From contig OZ251250.1 in NCBI GenBank assembly GCA_965240325.2, positions 434,001-498,000 of the forward strand: a stretch of DNA of 64,000 nt, in the 5' to 3' direction. A model generated the notes under the pieces. It made no database searches and had not been told where the DNA came from. It worked only from the letters and a program-made list of their open reading frames with translations. Each line of letters starts with the position of its first letter. Position 1 is the first letter of the stretch. This document shows positions 44,528 through 56,767 of this stretch, one piece after another. The DNA comes from Rebecca billardiae RCC1528 (taxonomy: Eukaryota > Protista > Haptophyta). A program made the translations under genes and the position numbers.

Positions 44528-47500
44528 TCAGCCCGCGCGCTGGTCGGGCGGCTCGGAGACAAACCAGCTGGCCACCTCCATGTACCACGGCTGCTGCGGG
44601 CTGCGCAGCCGGCCGAGCGAGCCGCTGCCGGGCGTGGCGGGCTCGACCTCGGGCATGTCGTTCATCTCGGTCACGCGCCGGCCGGCGAGCTTGGCCGAGT
44701 GCGAGATTAAATTCTCGTCCGCGTCGATTGTGATCTGGACAGTGTCGCCGCGCGGCCTGCGCGGCATGAGCGGCGCGCCCGTCGACGCGCGCCGGCCCAC
44801 CGGCTGCACCGCCCCGTGGTGGCTGAAGCCAGGCGGGAGCGCCGCCTCCGGGTGGTCCGCCGGCGGCTCAATGAACACCTCGACCACGTTCGAAATAAAT
44901 CGGCGCGCGTACAGCTCGGGCGGCACGCACGAGATGCCGAGCCCGCCGCGCAGCACGAAGCGCTTCACCCAGTACTCGCAGCGCTTGCGCACGGTGAAGG
45001 TCTGCAGGATGTCGATGATCCCCATGAAGTAGACACCAGGCCCCTCCACCACCACCGCGCGCACGCCGCCGTCGTGCGCGCGGTGCAGCGGCGGCCCGGT
45101 CGGCTCGCCGCGGCCGCCCGCGCCAGCGACCGTCGTCCGCCGCCGCGGCGGCGAGGCGCCGTGCTGCGAGGCCGCGCTCGCCACGGTAGTGCGCCGCCGC
45201 GCGGCGGTGCTGTGCTGCGAGGCGCTGCCGCCGCCGCTCCGGCCGGCGGCGACGTCCTTGGCGGCGCCGCCGCCGCCCGAGTCAGCGAGCGCGGCGGTCT
45301 TGACTGACCCACTCGCCGTGATCGGCGGCGGCGCGGAGCCGGCCGCGCCGCCGCCGCCGCCGCCGCCGACCGGCCCGCTCGCCGCGCGCGCGCCGCCGCG
45401 CGTCTCCGCGCCGCCCGCCGCCGTGCCTTTGGTCTTCACGCGGAAGTGCTGGTTGTGGATGCCAAGCAGCAGCGAGTAATCCATGATGCGGTGCGCCGCC
45501 AGGAACTGCGCGTCCAGCTTGAGCTGGGACGCCAGCCGGTATGCGTCGGTTGGGTGCAGGATCAGCGGCCGCTGCAGGTCGAGGTCCTTCCGGACTTCCC
45601 GGAAGCCGGCGGTGAGCGGCGTCGACGTGAACTGCGGCCACTCACTATTCTTCATCGTGCGCACGCCGCGCCGCTTGTCGACGCTCTTCGTCGCGCGCCG
45701 GCCCACCCAGCTCCCCTTTAGATCGTACCGCTCGTGTACCACCAAATCGGTCGCAAACACGGACTCCATCACGACAAAGTGCACCTTTTGCCCGTAGAGC
45801 GTGATGGCGTGCAGTCCGACGTACCGCAGCAGCAGCGTCGACGGGTACGCGAGCACGTGCGCGTGATATTCCGGGAGCAGACGCATCTGCGCCCGGCGCC
45901 GCCGCGCGCGCGCGCGAGGGGAGGGGCGTGTTGGCTGTTGGATGGCTTGGGCTCGTTTTGGAATGACTTGAGTGCGCGCGCCGGGGTGGCGCGGGCGCGG
46001 GGCGGGCGCCGGGCCGGGCGGGCGCGAAGAGCGGTGCCGGAGGGGGGAGGGCTGGGGCACGGCCAGTGCGTGACGCGCGCGCGCTGCCACGCGGCCCTGA
46101 GCTTCGCCGCCGCTCGCGAGCCGGCGCGCGCGAGCGCGGCGGCTGGGCGCGCCGAGGGCCGCGCCCCGCCCCCTCTCTCCCGCGGCACAGCAGCAGCAGC
46201 AGCCGGCCGCCGCGCAGCAGCAGCCGCAGCCGGCCCGCCGCACGCCCCGGCGCGCGCCCCGCCGCACGCGCGGCGCGCCCCCCACCGCGCGCCCCGCCGC
46301 GCGCCGCGGCGCACCAGGTCGCTCGCCTCCGACTTGGACGTGGTCTTCACGATGTACCGCCCCGAGCTCGAGAAGTACAGGAACGCGCCGGACTTGCCCT
46401 CGGAGAACCGCTCGCGCCGCGAGCCCGACAGCTCCTCAATATAATCGTGCTCATCAATCCCAAAATGGCGGCGGAGGGAGTGGAAGATGCGCGGCGCGTA
46501 GTCGTGGAAGATCACCTCGTTGGCAAAGTCGGTGACGCCGCGCACGTGCTGCTCGATCAGGTCGTAGTCCGCCGCGTTCGGCGGGTCGTCCGTGTGGTGC
46601 ACCCCGCCGCCGCCGAGCGCGCCGCCCGCGCCCGCGCCGTCCACGTGCTCCCGCCCCGCGCCAGGCACCAGCGAACCGCCATACCGCGTTATCGGATCCC
46701 AAAGCCACGCGCGCGTGCGCGAGTAGATGGTGCTCGCGCCGCCGAGGTTGACGTGCCGCCGGCGCTGCGCCTCGCTGTCGTACAGGTCCGCCGCGCGGCG
46801 CACCGCCTCCGCGATCCCCTCCGACGTCGCCTGCAGCAGCTCCGTGCGCAGCGCGTAGTTGATCGAAGCGTCACCCTGCAGCTCCGCGGCCGCGGCGGCG
46901 CGGACCGAGTCCTTATGCGAGAGAGACGGGCGCGCGCCGCCGCCGCCGCCGCCACCGCCGCCGCCCGGCGCCGGCGCGGCCCCCTCGCCGCCGCCCGGCG
47001 CGTGCCAGTGCGTCCGGATCACCTTGAGCACGTCCCGCGTGAAGATCCACACGAGCGCATTCGGCAGCCCGCGCGCTGAGAGCGTGATTGCAGCGGTGGC
47101 GTCCACGCCGGGCAGGATTCGGCCGGCGCGGCGGTTGAAGACGCCGATGAGGAGGAAGAGGACGAGCACCACCATGTACGCCGAGCAGATCGCCACCGTC
47201 GTGCGCAGCTTGTACAGCACGCGCAGCCGCGTCGCGAACGTCGCGGGCATGCCGCGGCGCAGCCGGCGCGCCGCCCAGATCAACACGGCGATCGAGAAGA
47301 GATACGCCGCGCCGATCGGGACAGCGAGGAGGCCGAGCGCCCACGCGGCCTCGTTCTCGCGGATCCAGCAGAAGCCGATCCCCCACGAGCCCGCCAGCTC
47401 CACCGAGACCAGCAGCAGCCCGGACACCAGCGACGTCGCCCACACGAACACGTGGTATTTGCGCATATTTAAAGAATCAAGCGTAAACGGGTGCGTGAGG

Positions 47501-48042
47501 CAGTAGACAAGGTCGACCGCGTGCATCGCAAAGAAGAGCTGGGGGCGCGGGGGCGCCGGGCGGGCGGCGCGCGCGTCGGCAGGTGCGCGGCGCCGCGCCG
47601 CCGCCGCCCGCGGCCGCCGCCGCTGCCCGCGCGCGCCGCCCAGCCAGCCTCCCGGCGCGCCGCAGCCGGCCGGGCCGAGACGAGCGTCCGCGCCGCCGCG
47701 CGGGCACGAGCGCGAGCGCGCACCTCGGAGGCGAGGACGGAGATCTGCGTGATGGGCGAGAGCAGGAAGCACAGCGTCGCGTCGCGCACCACGAACTCGA
47801 TCACGAAGCTCAGCGCGAACAGCAGGTCGCACACGGACATCCAGAAGAGGAGCGGTGACGGGTGCTTGCGCAGCTTGGGAAAGGCGGCAAAGGTGGCGAG
47901 GACGAAGGTGGTCGAGGCGAGGGTGATGGCGGCGCCGCTCAGGTAGTAGGGCGAGTACGCGTTGTCGTCGATGAACTGCCACCCGCGCGGGTGGGAGCGG
48001 GTTGGGGCGCCACGCGCGCGGCCGCGCGTCAGAACTGGGCTG

Positions 48043-48080
<38 letters not shown>

Positions 48081-48156
48081 GTGGCGCTGCGCACGAGGCG
48101 CGCGGGACCGGCCCGCGGCAGGCAGGCGGGCGTACCGTAGAGTCCACATCCGCCAT
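44528..48156 (-). CDS. GPCR-PIP kinase fusion (7TM receptor + phosphatidylinositol phosphate kinase); exons 48156-48136, 47975-47724, 47538-46315, 45886-44528
   Basis: cAR-like 7TM (LRKHPSPLLFWMSVCDLL, DLVYCLTHPF, YHVFVW, FCWI), linker ALRTELLQATSEGI, PIPK motifs FHDYAPRIF, SEGKSGAFLYFS, YIVKT, YDLKGS, KDLD, MDYSLLLGI, GIIDILQ. Confidence 0.93.
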
Positions 48157-48483
48157 GCTCAGACCGCGCGCGGGGAGAGCGCGCGCCCTCCCCGTCGCCA
48201 CAGGCGCGAGCGCTGCAGACGAGGTGCCCGCCTGAAAGCGCGGCACTGGCTCCGGGCCTCCACAGCTCAACTTGCTGGCGAGCGAGCCACTGCGAATCTG
48301 CGACGGAAAAGATTATTCGGGCAATTGATGAAGCAACAGTCCTGTGTCGTTAAATCATAGAATGAGTCCGGGCGGTCTTCGTACAGTCCGGCGCGACCGT
48401 CGCCCCTGCGCGCGTGCGCCGCTTGGTGGGTAGGCCGGCGGCGGCGGGCCCAGCTCCGCGACGGGGGCAGTCGGCGCCGCGCC

Positions 48484-50646
48484 ATGCCAAAGGTCGAGGG
48501 CGGCGCGGGCGAGTGGCCCGCCGCGCTCGCAGACTACGAGTTCTACGAGGCGATCGGTGCGCGCACGCCGGCTCGGGCCGCGCGCCGACGCGCATCTGCG
48601 CGGCGGCGCGCGCGCGCCGACGCCGCGGCTGGTCCCGCGCGCGCATCGCGCGCATCGCGCGCGCGCACGCCGGTGCGCGCGGCAGCACGGGCTGAGCGTG
48701 GCGCGGGGCGATGCCCGGGCCCGCGAACTCGCCCCCGCGCAGGCGCGGCCGACGGCCCGATCGTCCCGTCCGTCATCTACCGCGCGCTCTGCAAGCCGCG
48801 CTCCGAGGTGGTCGCGGTGCGCGCGTTCGATCTCGACTCTCCCGTCGGCAGCTCGACGTCGGCGCAGACGCCGTTCGAGCGGCTCGCGGCCGAGCTGAAC
48901 CGGTGGCGCGAGCTGCGCCACGACAACATCGTGCCGCTCCTCGCCAGCTTCGTTACAGACCGTTACGTCTTTGTGATTATGCCGATGCATGACATGGGTA
49001 GCGCCTATGAGCTGATTAAGCACAAGGGGCACGGGCTGTCGGAGATCGAGGTGTGCACGGTGCTGCGCGAGGTGCTGCAGGGCGTGGAGTACATGCACAA
49101 GCAGGGCAAGATGCACCGGTGCGCCCGCCCGCGCGCGTGGCATGCGGCGGCAGCGCGCACGCGTGGCTCGGCAAGCTCGGCGCGCTCACCGCCGCCGGCT
49201 GCCCGGCGCGTGCCGGGCCGCGCGCCGCGCCGCGCAGCAACCTCAAGGCGGCGAATATCCTGCTCGACTCGAAGGGCGTCGTGCGCATCTCCGACTTCTC
49301 GCTCGCGCAGACGCTGATGGAGGTGCGTGCGTGCGTGTGTGCGCGCGTCAGTGCGCTGCTGCTACACGCGCGCGCGTGTGCACACGGGGTGACACGTGTG
49401 TGTGTGTGTGTGTGTGTGTGCCAATCCCGCGCGCGCGCGCGCTCTCCCTCTCTCTCTGTGTGTGTGTGGCGGGGCGGAGCCGTGCCGCCGCGGGCGGGGC
49501 GCCGCTGGGGCACCCACCCACCGGGCGCCGCCGCGCCGCGCGCGGCGTGGGCCACGGCGCGCCGCGCGCATGCGCGCCTGCGAGCGCCTCGCGCGGGGGG
49601 CGGCACGCGCCCCCCCGGGCGCCGCCGCGCCCCTCGCAGCCTCACCGCCGCGCGCCGCCGCGCCGCCGCCTGCGCGCAGGGCGGCGAGCGGCTGCAGCAG
49701 CGCACCACCTTTGCCGGCACGCACCAGTGGATGGCCCCGGAAGTTCTGGAGCAAGCGTCCGGGTACAACGAGCAGGCGGACATCTGGTCCTTCGGTATCA
49801 CGGCGATTGAGCTGCTCTCGGGCTCGACGCCGTACGGCGAGGACACGGCGCCGATGAAGGTGTTCCTACAGGTCGTCAACGGCGCGCCGCCCACGGTCGA
49901 GCGCATGCTCACCTCGGCCGACGGCAAGCGCCGCCAGGTCTCTGACGCGTTCCAAGACCTCGTGAGGCAGTGCCTGTCCAAAACCCCGCGGGACCGGCCG
50001 TCGGCGAGCAAGCTGCTCACGCACCGCGCGCTCGGCCGCGGCTCCGCGCTCGGCGGCTCGAGGCTGCCGCCCGCCGCGGACGCGATCCGCCAGATGTGCG
50101 CCGCGGTGCCGCCGATCTGGGAGCGATACGCCGGCCGCGGCCGCGCGCGCATCCCGAGCGGTGCCAGCGGCACGCAGGCGTCCGCCGCCGCGGCGGCGGC
50201 GTCGGTCGGCGGCGTGGCGGGGGGCGGCGCGGCCGGCGCGGCCGGCGCGGCCTCGCCCACCGACGCGTCCGCCGGCCGCGACGCCGACCGCGCGTCCGCG
50301 CGCAAGCCGGTCTCCCTCGCTCCGTGGGATTTTGACGACGACGACGATGGCGCCGCCACCGAGGGCGCGGCTAGCTCGCCGCCGCCGGCGCTCGCGCCGG
50401 CGGGCTCCCCCGCGCACGCGCCGGCGCGGCCGGCGGCGGCTGCAGACGGCGGCGGTGGCGGCGCGGACGGCGGCGTCGCCGCGGCGCGCGCCTCGCCGCC
50501 TGCGCCGGTCATGCCCGCGGGCGTGGGGGGCGTGGGCGCGCCGGGCGCGGCGCCGCCGGGCGCCGCGTCGCGCCTCTCGCCTCAGGAACAGGCGTCGCAC
50601 TTCGAGCCGCCGCACTGCGCGTCGGCGCCGCCGGCCGCGTCGCCGC

Positions 50647-50682
<36 letters not shown>

Positions 50683-52788
50683 TCCGCAGTGCCACGCCGC
50701 CGCCTGCGGCCGTGCGTACATCCCCGCCGCCGGGCGCGCACGTGAGCGCGTGGCGCGAGGCGGAGGCGGGGACGCCGCCCGGCGGCGGCGGTGCTGCGTG
50801 CGGCGCTGCCGTGCGCGCGCTCGGCGGCGCGATGGGCTCGGCGCCCGCCAGCGCCGCGCCCGACTCTCGGCCCATGTCGGCGAGCGCCGAGGCAATCGCC
50901 GCCGGGCTTGCGGCGGCGCGCGGCGGCTTGCCACCTCACGAGGGCGGCGCGTCGACGGCGGCGTCGGCGCCGCCCACGCCGTACGCGGCGGGGCTGCAGC
51001 CCGCGTCGCTGCTCCCGCAGCAGCCGGCGCAGCCGGCCGCCGAGCCCGGGGCCGCGCTGCCCCCGCTCTCCCGGCAGGACTCGTCCAGCCTCGGCGGTGG
51101 TGCCCACCCGACCTGCCTGCAGCACCAGGCGTCGGCGCCGCCATGCGGTTTGGGGCCGGGGCCGATCGGTCAGGCCTCGGTGCAGGGCAGCCAGACGACC
51201 TCGGCGCTGCCGCGCGTCGGCGGCGACGCGGCGCGCAAGGGGCGGTTCCAGGTCTCCGACTCGGGCGCGATGGGCGGCGCGATGGGCGCGCCGCCGCGGC
51301 CGGCGGCGGCCGCTGGCGCGGGCGGCGGCGGCGCGCCGCTGTATGGACAAGCGAGCGCCGGCGGCGCGCAGCCGCCGCCCGCGGGCTGGGCGGGCGGCGG
51401 CCCCGGGAGCGACGCGGGCGGCGGCATCCCGGGGCACACCGCCCTCGGCAGCATGAGCGCCGAGTCGACCGCCTCGCTCGCCTCCCAGTTCTCCGGGCCG
51501 CCCAATGCGCCGCTGCAGCCCCGCGAAGCCGGCGGCGCGGACGCGGCGGCGGGCGTGGCGCACGGCGCACAGTCTCAGCAGCCACTGCCGCCGCAGCAGC
51601 CGCAGCAGCCGGTGCACTCGCAGCAGCAGCAGCAGCAGCAGCCCGCGCTGCAGCCCTCCCACGCCACGCCGCAGCTCGCGCAGGCCGCCGCCGCCGCCGC
51701 CGCCGCGCCCCAACCGCCGCCGCAGCAGCCATCGCAGCCGCCGCCGCAGCCGCAGCCGCAACCGCCGCAGCAGTCAGAGCCGCCGCAGCGGCCGCTGGAC
51801 GCGCAGCTCGTGGACATGATGGTGACGGTGGACGAGCTCAAGTCGTACCACGCGAAGGCGGTCGAGTCGCTCACCAAGCTGCAGGAGGTGCTCGAGCTCA
51901 TCGAGAACGACACCGCGGTCGTTGACGCCGTGCGCGTGCGCGCGCAACTCTCGGAGCTGGCCTGGCTCGACGGTCGAGCGGACGGCGTGCGCAGGGACAA
52001 CCAGCTGGTGAGCAAGGCGCACCCGTACCTGCACTCGTACTACAAGCAGGCGCGCGCGCACGCGGCGGGCTCGGTCGGGCACGCCGGCGGCTCGGTGGGG
52101 ATGCCAATGTCGACGTCGATGCCATTGATTGCTGGCGCGGCGCACCAGCATGGGGCGGGCGGTGGCGGCGCGCAGGGCGGCGCCGGAGGGCTCGGGCTGC
52201 AGCTGCAGCAGGGGGGCGGGGGCAGCTGCGCGCACCTGTCCTCGCTCGGGCAGCAGCAGGGGGCGCACGGCTCGGGCCAGCAGGCGGCGGGCGGCGGCGG
52301 TTACGCCTTCCAACCGTCGCCCCTCGGCGCGCAGCAGCCGCAGCAGCCGCAGCAGCCGCAGCAGCCGCCGCCGCAGCAGCAGCAGCCGCAGCAGCAGCAG
52401 CAGCAGCAGCAGCCGCAGCCGCCGCAGCCGCAGCAGCAGCAGCAGCCGCAGCAGCAGCCGCCGCAGCAGCCGCAGCAGCCGCAGCAGCCGCAGCCGCAGC
52501 CGCCGGCCGCCCTCGAGCATGGCGGCGGCGGCGGTGGGAGCAGCGGGTTCCTGCCAACTGTGCCGCCGCTGCCCGCGCATGCGCAGCAGCAGCAGCAGCA
52601 GCCGCAGCAGCCGCCGCCGCTGCAGCAGCCGCCGCAGCAGCAGCAGCCGCAGCAGCAGCAGCAGCAGCCGCAGCAGCCGCAGCAGCAGCAGCAGCCGCCG
52701 CAGCAGCCGCAGCAGCAGCAGCAGCAGCAGCAGCCGCAGCAGCCGGCGATGGCGATGGCGGAGGCTGGACCGTATGGCGGCGCGGCGG

Positions 52789-52828
<40 letters not shown>

Positions 52829-52999
52829 AGGCGGAGGCGTTGCCTACAGCGGCTACGCGGCGGCGGTGGTGGCGGCGCCGCCTCAGCAGGAGGCGCAGCA
52901 GCAGCAGCAGCACGCGGCGCACCCGCCGCCGCAGCAGCAGCAGCCGCCCACAAGCGCCGCGCCGCCCCAGAGCCTCACGCCGCCGCCTCAGCCGAGCGA

Positions 53000-53034
<35 letters not shown>

Positions 53035-53906
53035 GCACCGTGCAGAGCTCGCAGAGTGCGCCCTCGCTGGGACCGGGGGCGGCGCAGCTGCCGCCGCCGG
53101 GGCAGGGGTGGGAGCAGCCGCCGGGGCAGGGGTGGGAGCAGCCGTACGCGGCGCAGCCCGCCTACCCGCAGCCGCAGCAGCCCGCAGCGAGCGCTGCGGG
53201 CTCCCAGCCGATCTACGGTTCTACGGCTCCTACGCAAACCGCGGCGGCGCAGGCGGACGGGCAGGGTGCGTACTGCAGTGAGATGCCTCCGCCGCCACTG
53301 CCGTCGCGCGCGCATACGCACCCCCAGCAGCCGCCGCCGCAGCAGCAGCCGCAGCAGCCGCAGCAGCCGCAGCAGCCGCCGCCGCAGCAGCAGCAGCAGC
53401 AGCAGCCGCAGCAGCCGCAGCCGCAGCCGCCGCAGCAGCAGCAGCCGCAGCAGCCGCCGCAGCAGCCGCAGCCGCAGCAGCCGCAGCAGCCGCAGCAGCA
53501 GCCGCAGCCGCCGCTGCTACCTGCGCAGCCGCAGCAGCCGCTGCCTCCGCAGCAGCCGCAGCAGCCCTCGTCGCAGCCGCCGACGGGCGGCGGCGTGGCG
53601 GCGGCGACGCCGGCGGTTCAGCGGCAGCCGTCGCCGCAGGTGCTGGACGCGGCTGCCATGGCCGCAGCAGCCACGAGCGTAGCGCAGCCGGCGTGCGCGG
53701 CCGCGGGGATGGCACTAGGCCCCTCCGCCAGCGGCGGCACCGGCGCACTTCCGAGCCCGCCAACAGCGGAGTCGGCGTCGACGGCCGCGCCGAGCGCGCC
53801 GGCGGCGCCGACCGGAGGCGCTGCGGCCGCGCAGCAGCCCTCTGGGGCTGCACCGACGGCGTCCGGCGCGACGGCCGCCGGCCAGCAGCAGCCTCCCGCG
53901 TCGTGA
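48484..53906 (+). CDS. STE20-family (OSR1/SPAK/STRAD-like) kinase, probably catalytically impaired, with long Gln/Pro-rich tail; introns 48557-48742, 49119-49237, 49323-49679
   Basis: WPAALADYEF, LRHDNIV, MHRNLKAANILL, ISDFS, TFAGTHQWMAPEVLEQASGY, DIWSFGITAIEL, APMKVFL; PWDFDDDD and KGRFQV motifs. Confidence 0.88.
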
Positions 53907-54210
53907 CTCGTCGTCGGAGCGCCGATCGAAGCGCGTCAGCCCGCGCAGAGTCGTCGGCCGCGCAGCACTAGTTAGCAGCCGGCACATAGGTATGGTGACT
54001 GCATATATGGCGCGGTTGCCAGTGGCACATAGCACCCAGCGTACTGCTCGTCCGCGTGCGACCGTGAAGACGTGGAGTTGTACGACGTGCTCAGCGGTGA
54101 TTGTCACCGCTAGTTACTGCTGCTACAGTTTATATTTGTTTTAACGTGCGTAAGGCTCACGGTGGCAGGTTGCCGCGCCATCCTTCATCGCACGCTCTCC
54201 GAAGAGAGAC

Positions 54211-54283
54211 CTGGAAACTGGGGGTTTGAACCCATGACCTCAGACGCAAGAGCACGCCAGTACTCCCACTCGGCCACAGACCG
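54211..54283 (-). pseudogene. tRNA-derived relic (tRNA pseudogene or SINE head)
   Basis: Minus strand has box A TGGCCGAGTGG and box B GGTTCAAACCC 33 nt apart, with GAGGTC before the T arm; acceptor and anticodon stems do not pair. Confidence 0.6.
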
Positions 54284-54325
54284 GCGTTAGCAGTGAGACA
54301 GTTCTTGAGTACTTGGTATCCGAGC

Positions 54326-54376
54326 ACTACAGTTTACTAAGAATAAGAGACGCACACAGCTCAGGCAGGCGAGATT
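54326..54376 (+). repeat. Second copy of the 45-bp intergenic motif
   Basis: Matches 20427-20471 with an AATAAG insertion. Confidence 0.85.
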
Positions 54377-54574
54377 GAACAGTACTGAGTACTGTACTGT
54401 GACGACGACGGCGACTCAAGACTGCTGCCTGATGCGGGCAGCAGCGTGGTTAGCGTGCGTCGATCGTGATTCGAAAAGATGACGACTACGATGCTGATGG
54501 CGGCAGCGGCCAGCCGGACGGGCACCGCGCCAGCAAGCAGCGGCGCCGCCCTCAAGGCGGAGTAGGCGACGCGG

Positions 54575-56657
54575 ATGGACGGCGACCTCTCGGCCCTCTA
54601 CCCTGTCGGCGCGCGCGCGCACGCGCCCGTGCGCCGTCGGCAGGACCTCGCGCGCGAGCGCGCCGCGCTCGTGCGCTTTGCGCTTCGACACGCGCGCGGC
54701 GGCGTCGCCAACGCTCACCTGCTCGACGAGGCGCGCGCCGAGATCGCGATCTGCGGCGAGATCGCGATCTCGCGGCTGCGCGTGGAGGAGGTGCTGCGCC
54801 GGCTCGACGAGGGCCTGCTCGTCGACCTCGCCGCGCGCGAGCTCTACTGGCCGGCCGACGCCGCCGCGGCGAACGTGTCGACGGCCGACGCCGAGAGCCT
54901 CGGCGCTCAGCTCTGGTCGCCGCGCGGCGCGGCGGCGGCGGCTCCGGCGCTCGGCGGCGGCGTGGGCGGCGTGGCGGTTAGCTCGCCTTCGGCCGGCGTG
55001 GCCGCTTCGCTCGGCGCCGGCGCGCCGGGCGAGGCACGGCAGATCGTCCTTGCTGCCTATGAGGACTTTCTAAGAACTGTCGGCGGCGTGGGCGAGCGCG
55101 GCGGGAGCGGCGGGGGCGGGGGCGAGCGCGGTGCCCCTGGTGCTGCTGCCCGCGCCGATGGCCGATTCCGGTGCGACGCGGAACTGCTTCGGCTGATCCG
55201 CACCCAGCTGGGTATCTCGCGCCGGCTGCACGACAGCCTCGCGGCTTCGGCCGTCTCAGACGCCATCGTGCGGTCGGACGCGCCGCGCGGCTCGCTACTG
55301 TACCGGGCGCTGCTGGTGCACGAGCGCTCGCCGCTCGACTTTGCCGCGGGGCAGCCGCCGCCGCGGCAGCCGCCGCCGCTGTCCGGGGCACAGCAGGCCG
55401 CGCTGCCGCGCGCCGCCGCCGCCGCCGAGCGCGCGCGCTGCGAAGGCACGGGTCACGGCCGCGACGCGAGCACGGCACCTGTGCCGCCGCCGCCGCCGCC
55501 GCCGTGCGCCGAGACCTTCGAGGCGTGGCTCGCGCGGCAGCTGCAGGTGATCGGCTGCGGCGCGGAGGAGTGGCTTGGCGCGGGCGAGGCGAGCGGCCGG
55601 CTGCCCCCACACGAGGCGGCCGCGCGCCGGCGCGCCGTGCGCGCGGCACTCCACGAGCCCGCGGACGTGGCGAGAGCCGCCGCCGCGGCCGCCGCCGCGA
55701 GCGCCGCCACCTGGTCGCCTTGTGCCGCGGGCGCGGGCGCGGCCGCGCGGGCGGGCGGCGCGTGCGCGGTGGCGGCGGCGCGCGCGCAGCCCTTCCCACC
55801 GGCGCCGACTCCCCCCGCGCTGCCCGCGTGGCCACTCGAGGCAGCAGCCGCCTACAGCGCCGCCAGCGCGCGACTCTCCCATCTCCTGCTAGACATGGGG
55901 GCGCGCGGGCTGTTGCAGAGCGGTGAGGAAGTGGAGGCGGGCGCGTCGGCGGCGACGCTCGAGGCGGGCGCGCGGGGCAGGCGCGGACGCCGGCCCGCGG
56001 CGGCGGCGGCGCAGCCGTACCCGCCGCGCCTCGCAGCGTCGCTGATCGGCGTGCTCGAGGCCGCAACCTTTGATCCGAGCACGCCGGGCGCGCCGGCGTA
56101 CGACGCGGCGCGCGTGCGCGCCGCCGCGACCGCGTTCGCGCGCGCGCTCGGGGTCGGCCCAGCGCTGCGCGCCGCGTGTCGGCTCGCCGCGGCCGCGGCG
56201 CAACTCGACCGGCCTCGCGCCGCGGCGGATGGGCTTGGGCTGGGCGAAGGGCTCGGCGCGGAAGCGGCGGCGGCGGGCAGGCGCGGCGGCGGCGGCGGCG
56301 CGGCGGGCGGCGGCGCGGCGGGCGACGGCGGCGGCACCGACGACGACGGCGACGACGACGCCGACGCCGACGAGAGGGCGGCCGCGCTCGAGGGCGACGT
56401 GGCGGGCGCGCCCGGCGGCGTGCGCGCGTGGGCCGCGCTCGCGCGCGCGTGCGCGCGCTTCGAGCGCACACCGAGCGCCCTGTGCCCTCTGCCCGTGGCG
56501 CGGCGCTCCGTGCGCGGCCGCGCGCGGCCGCGCGGCCGCGGTGCGCGCGGCCGAGCGGCTGCGGCCGCGCCGGAGGCTGCCGGGTCGGAGAGCGACGGGG
56601 GGCGGTCGTCAGACCAGTGGCGCTCGGGCTCCGGCTTCGGCTCCGCGTCGACCGACG

Positions 56658-56689
<32 letters not shown>

Positions 56690-56729
56690 ACTGACGCGGA
56701 CGACGAGAAGACCATCGCGCACGCGCGGC

Positions 56730-56767
<38 letters not shown>

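Noticed and set aside
51774-53853. Poly-Leu, poly-Ala and poly-Ser ORFs
   Set aside because: Alternative frames of the CAG/CCG repeats encoding the kinase's Gln/Pro tail.
54211-54283. Functional tRNA gene
   Set aside because: Acceptor and anticodon stems do not pair; T stem has only 3 pairs.
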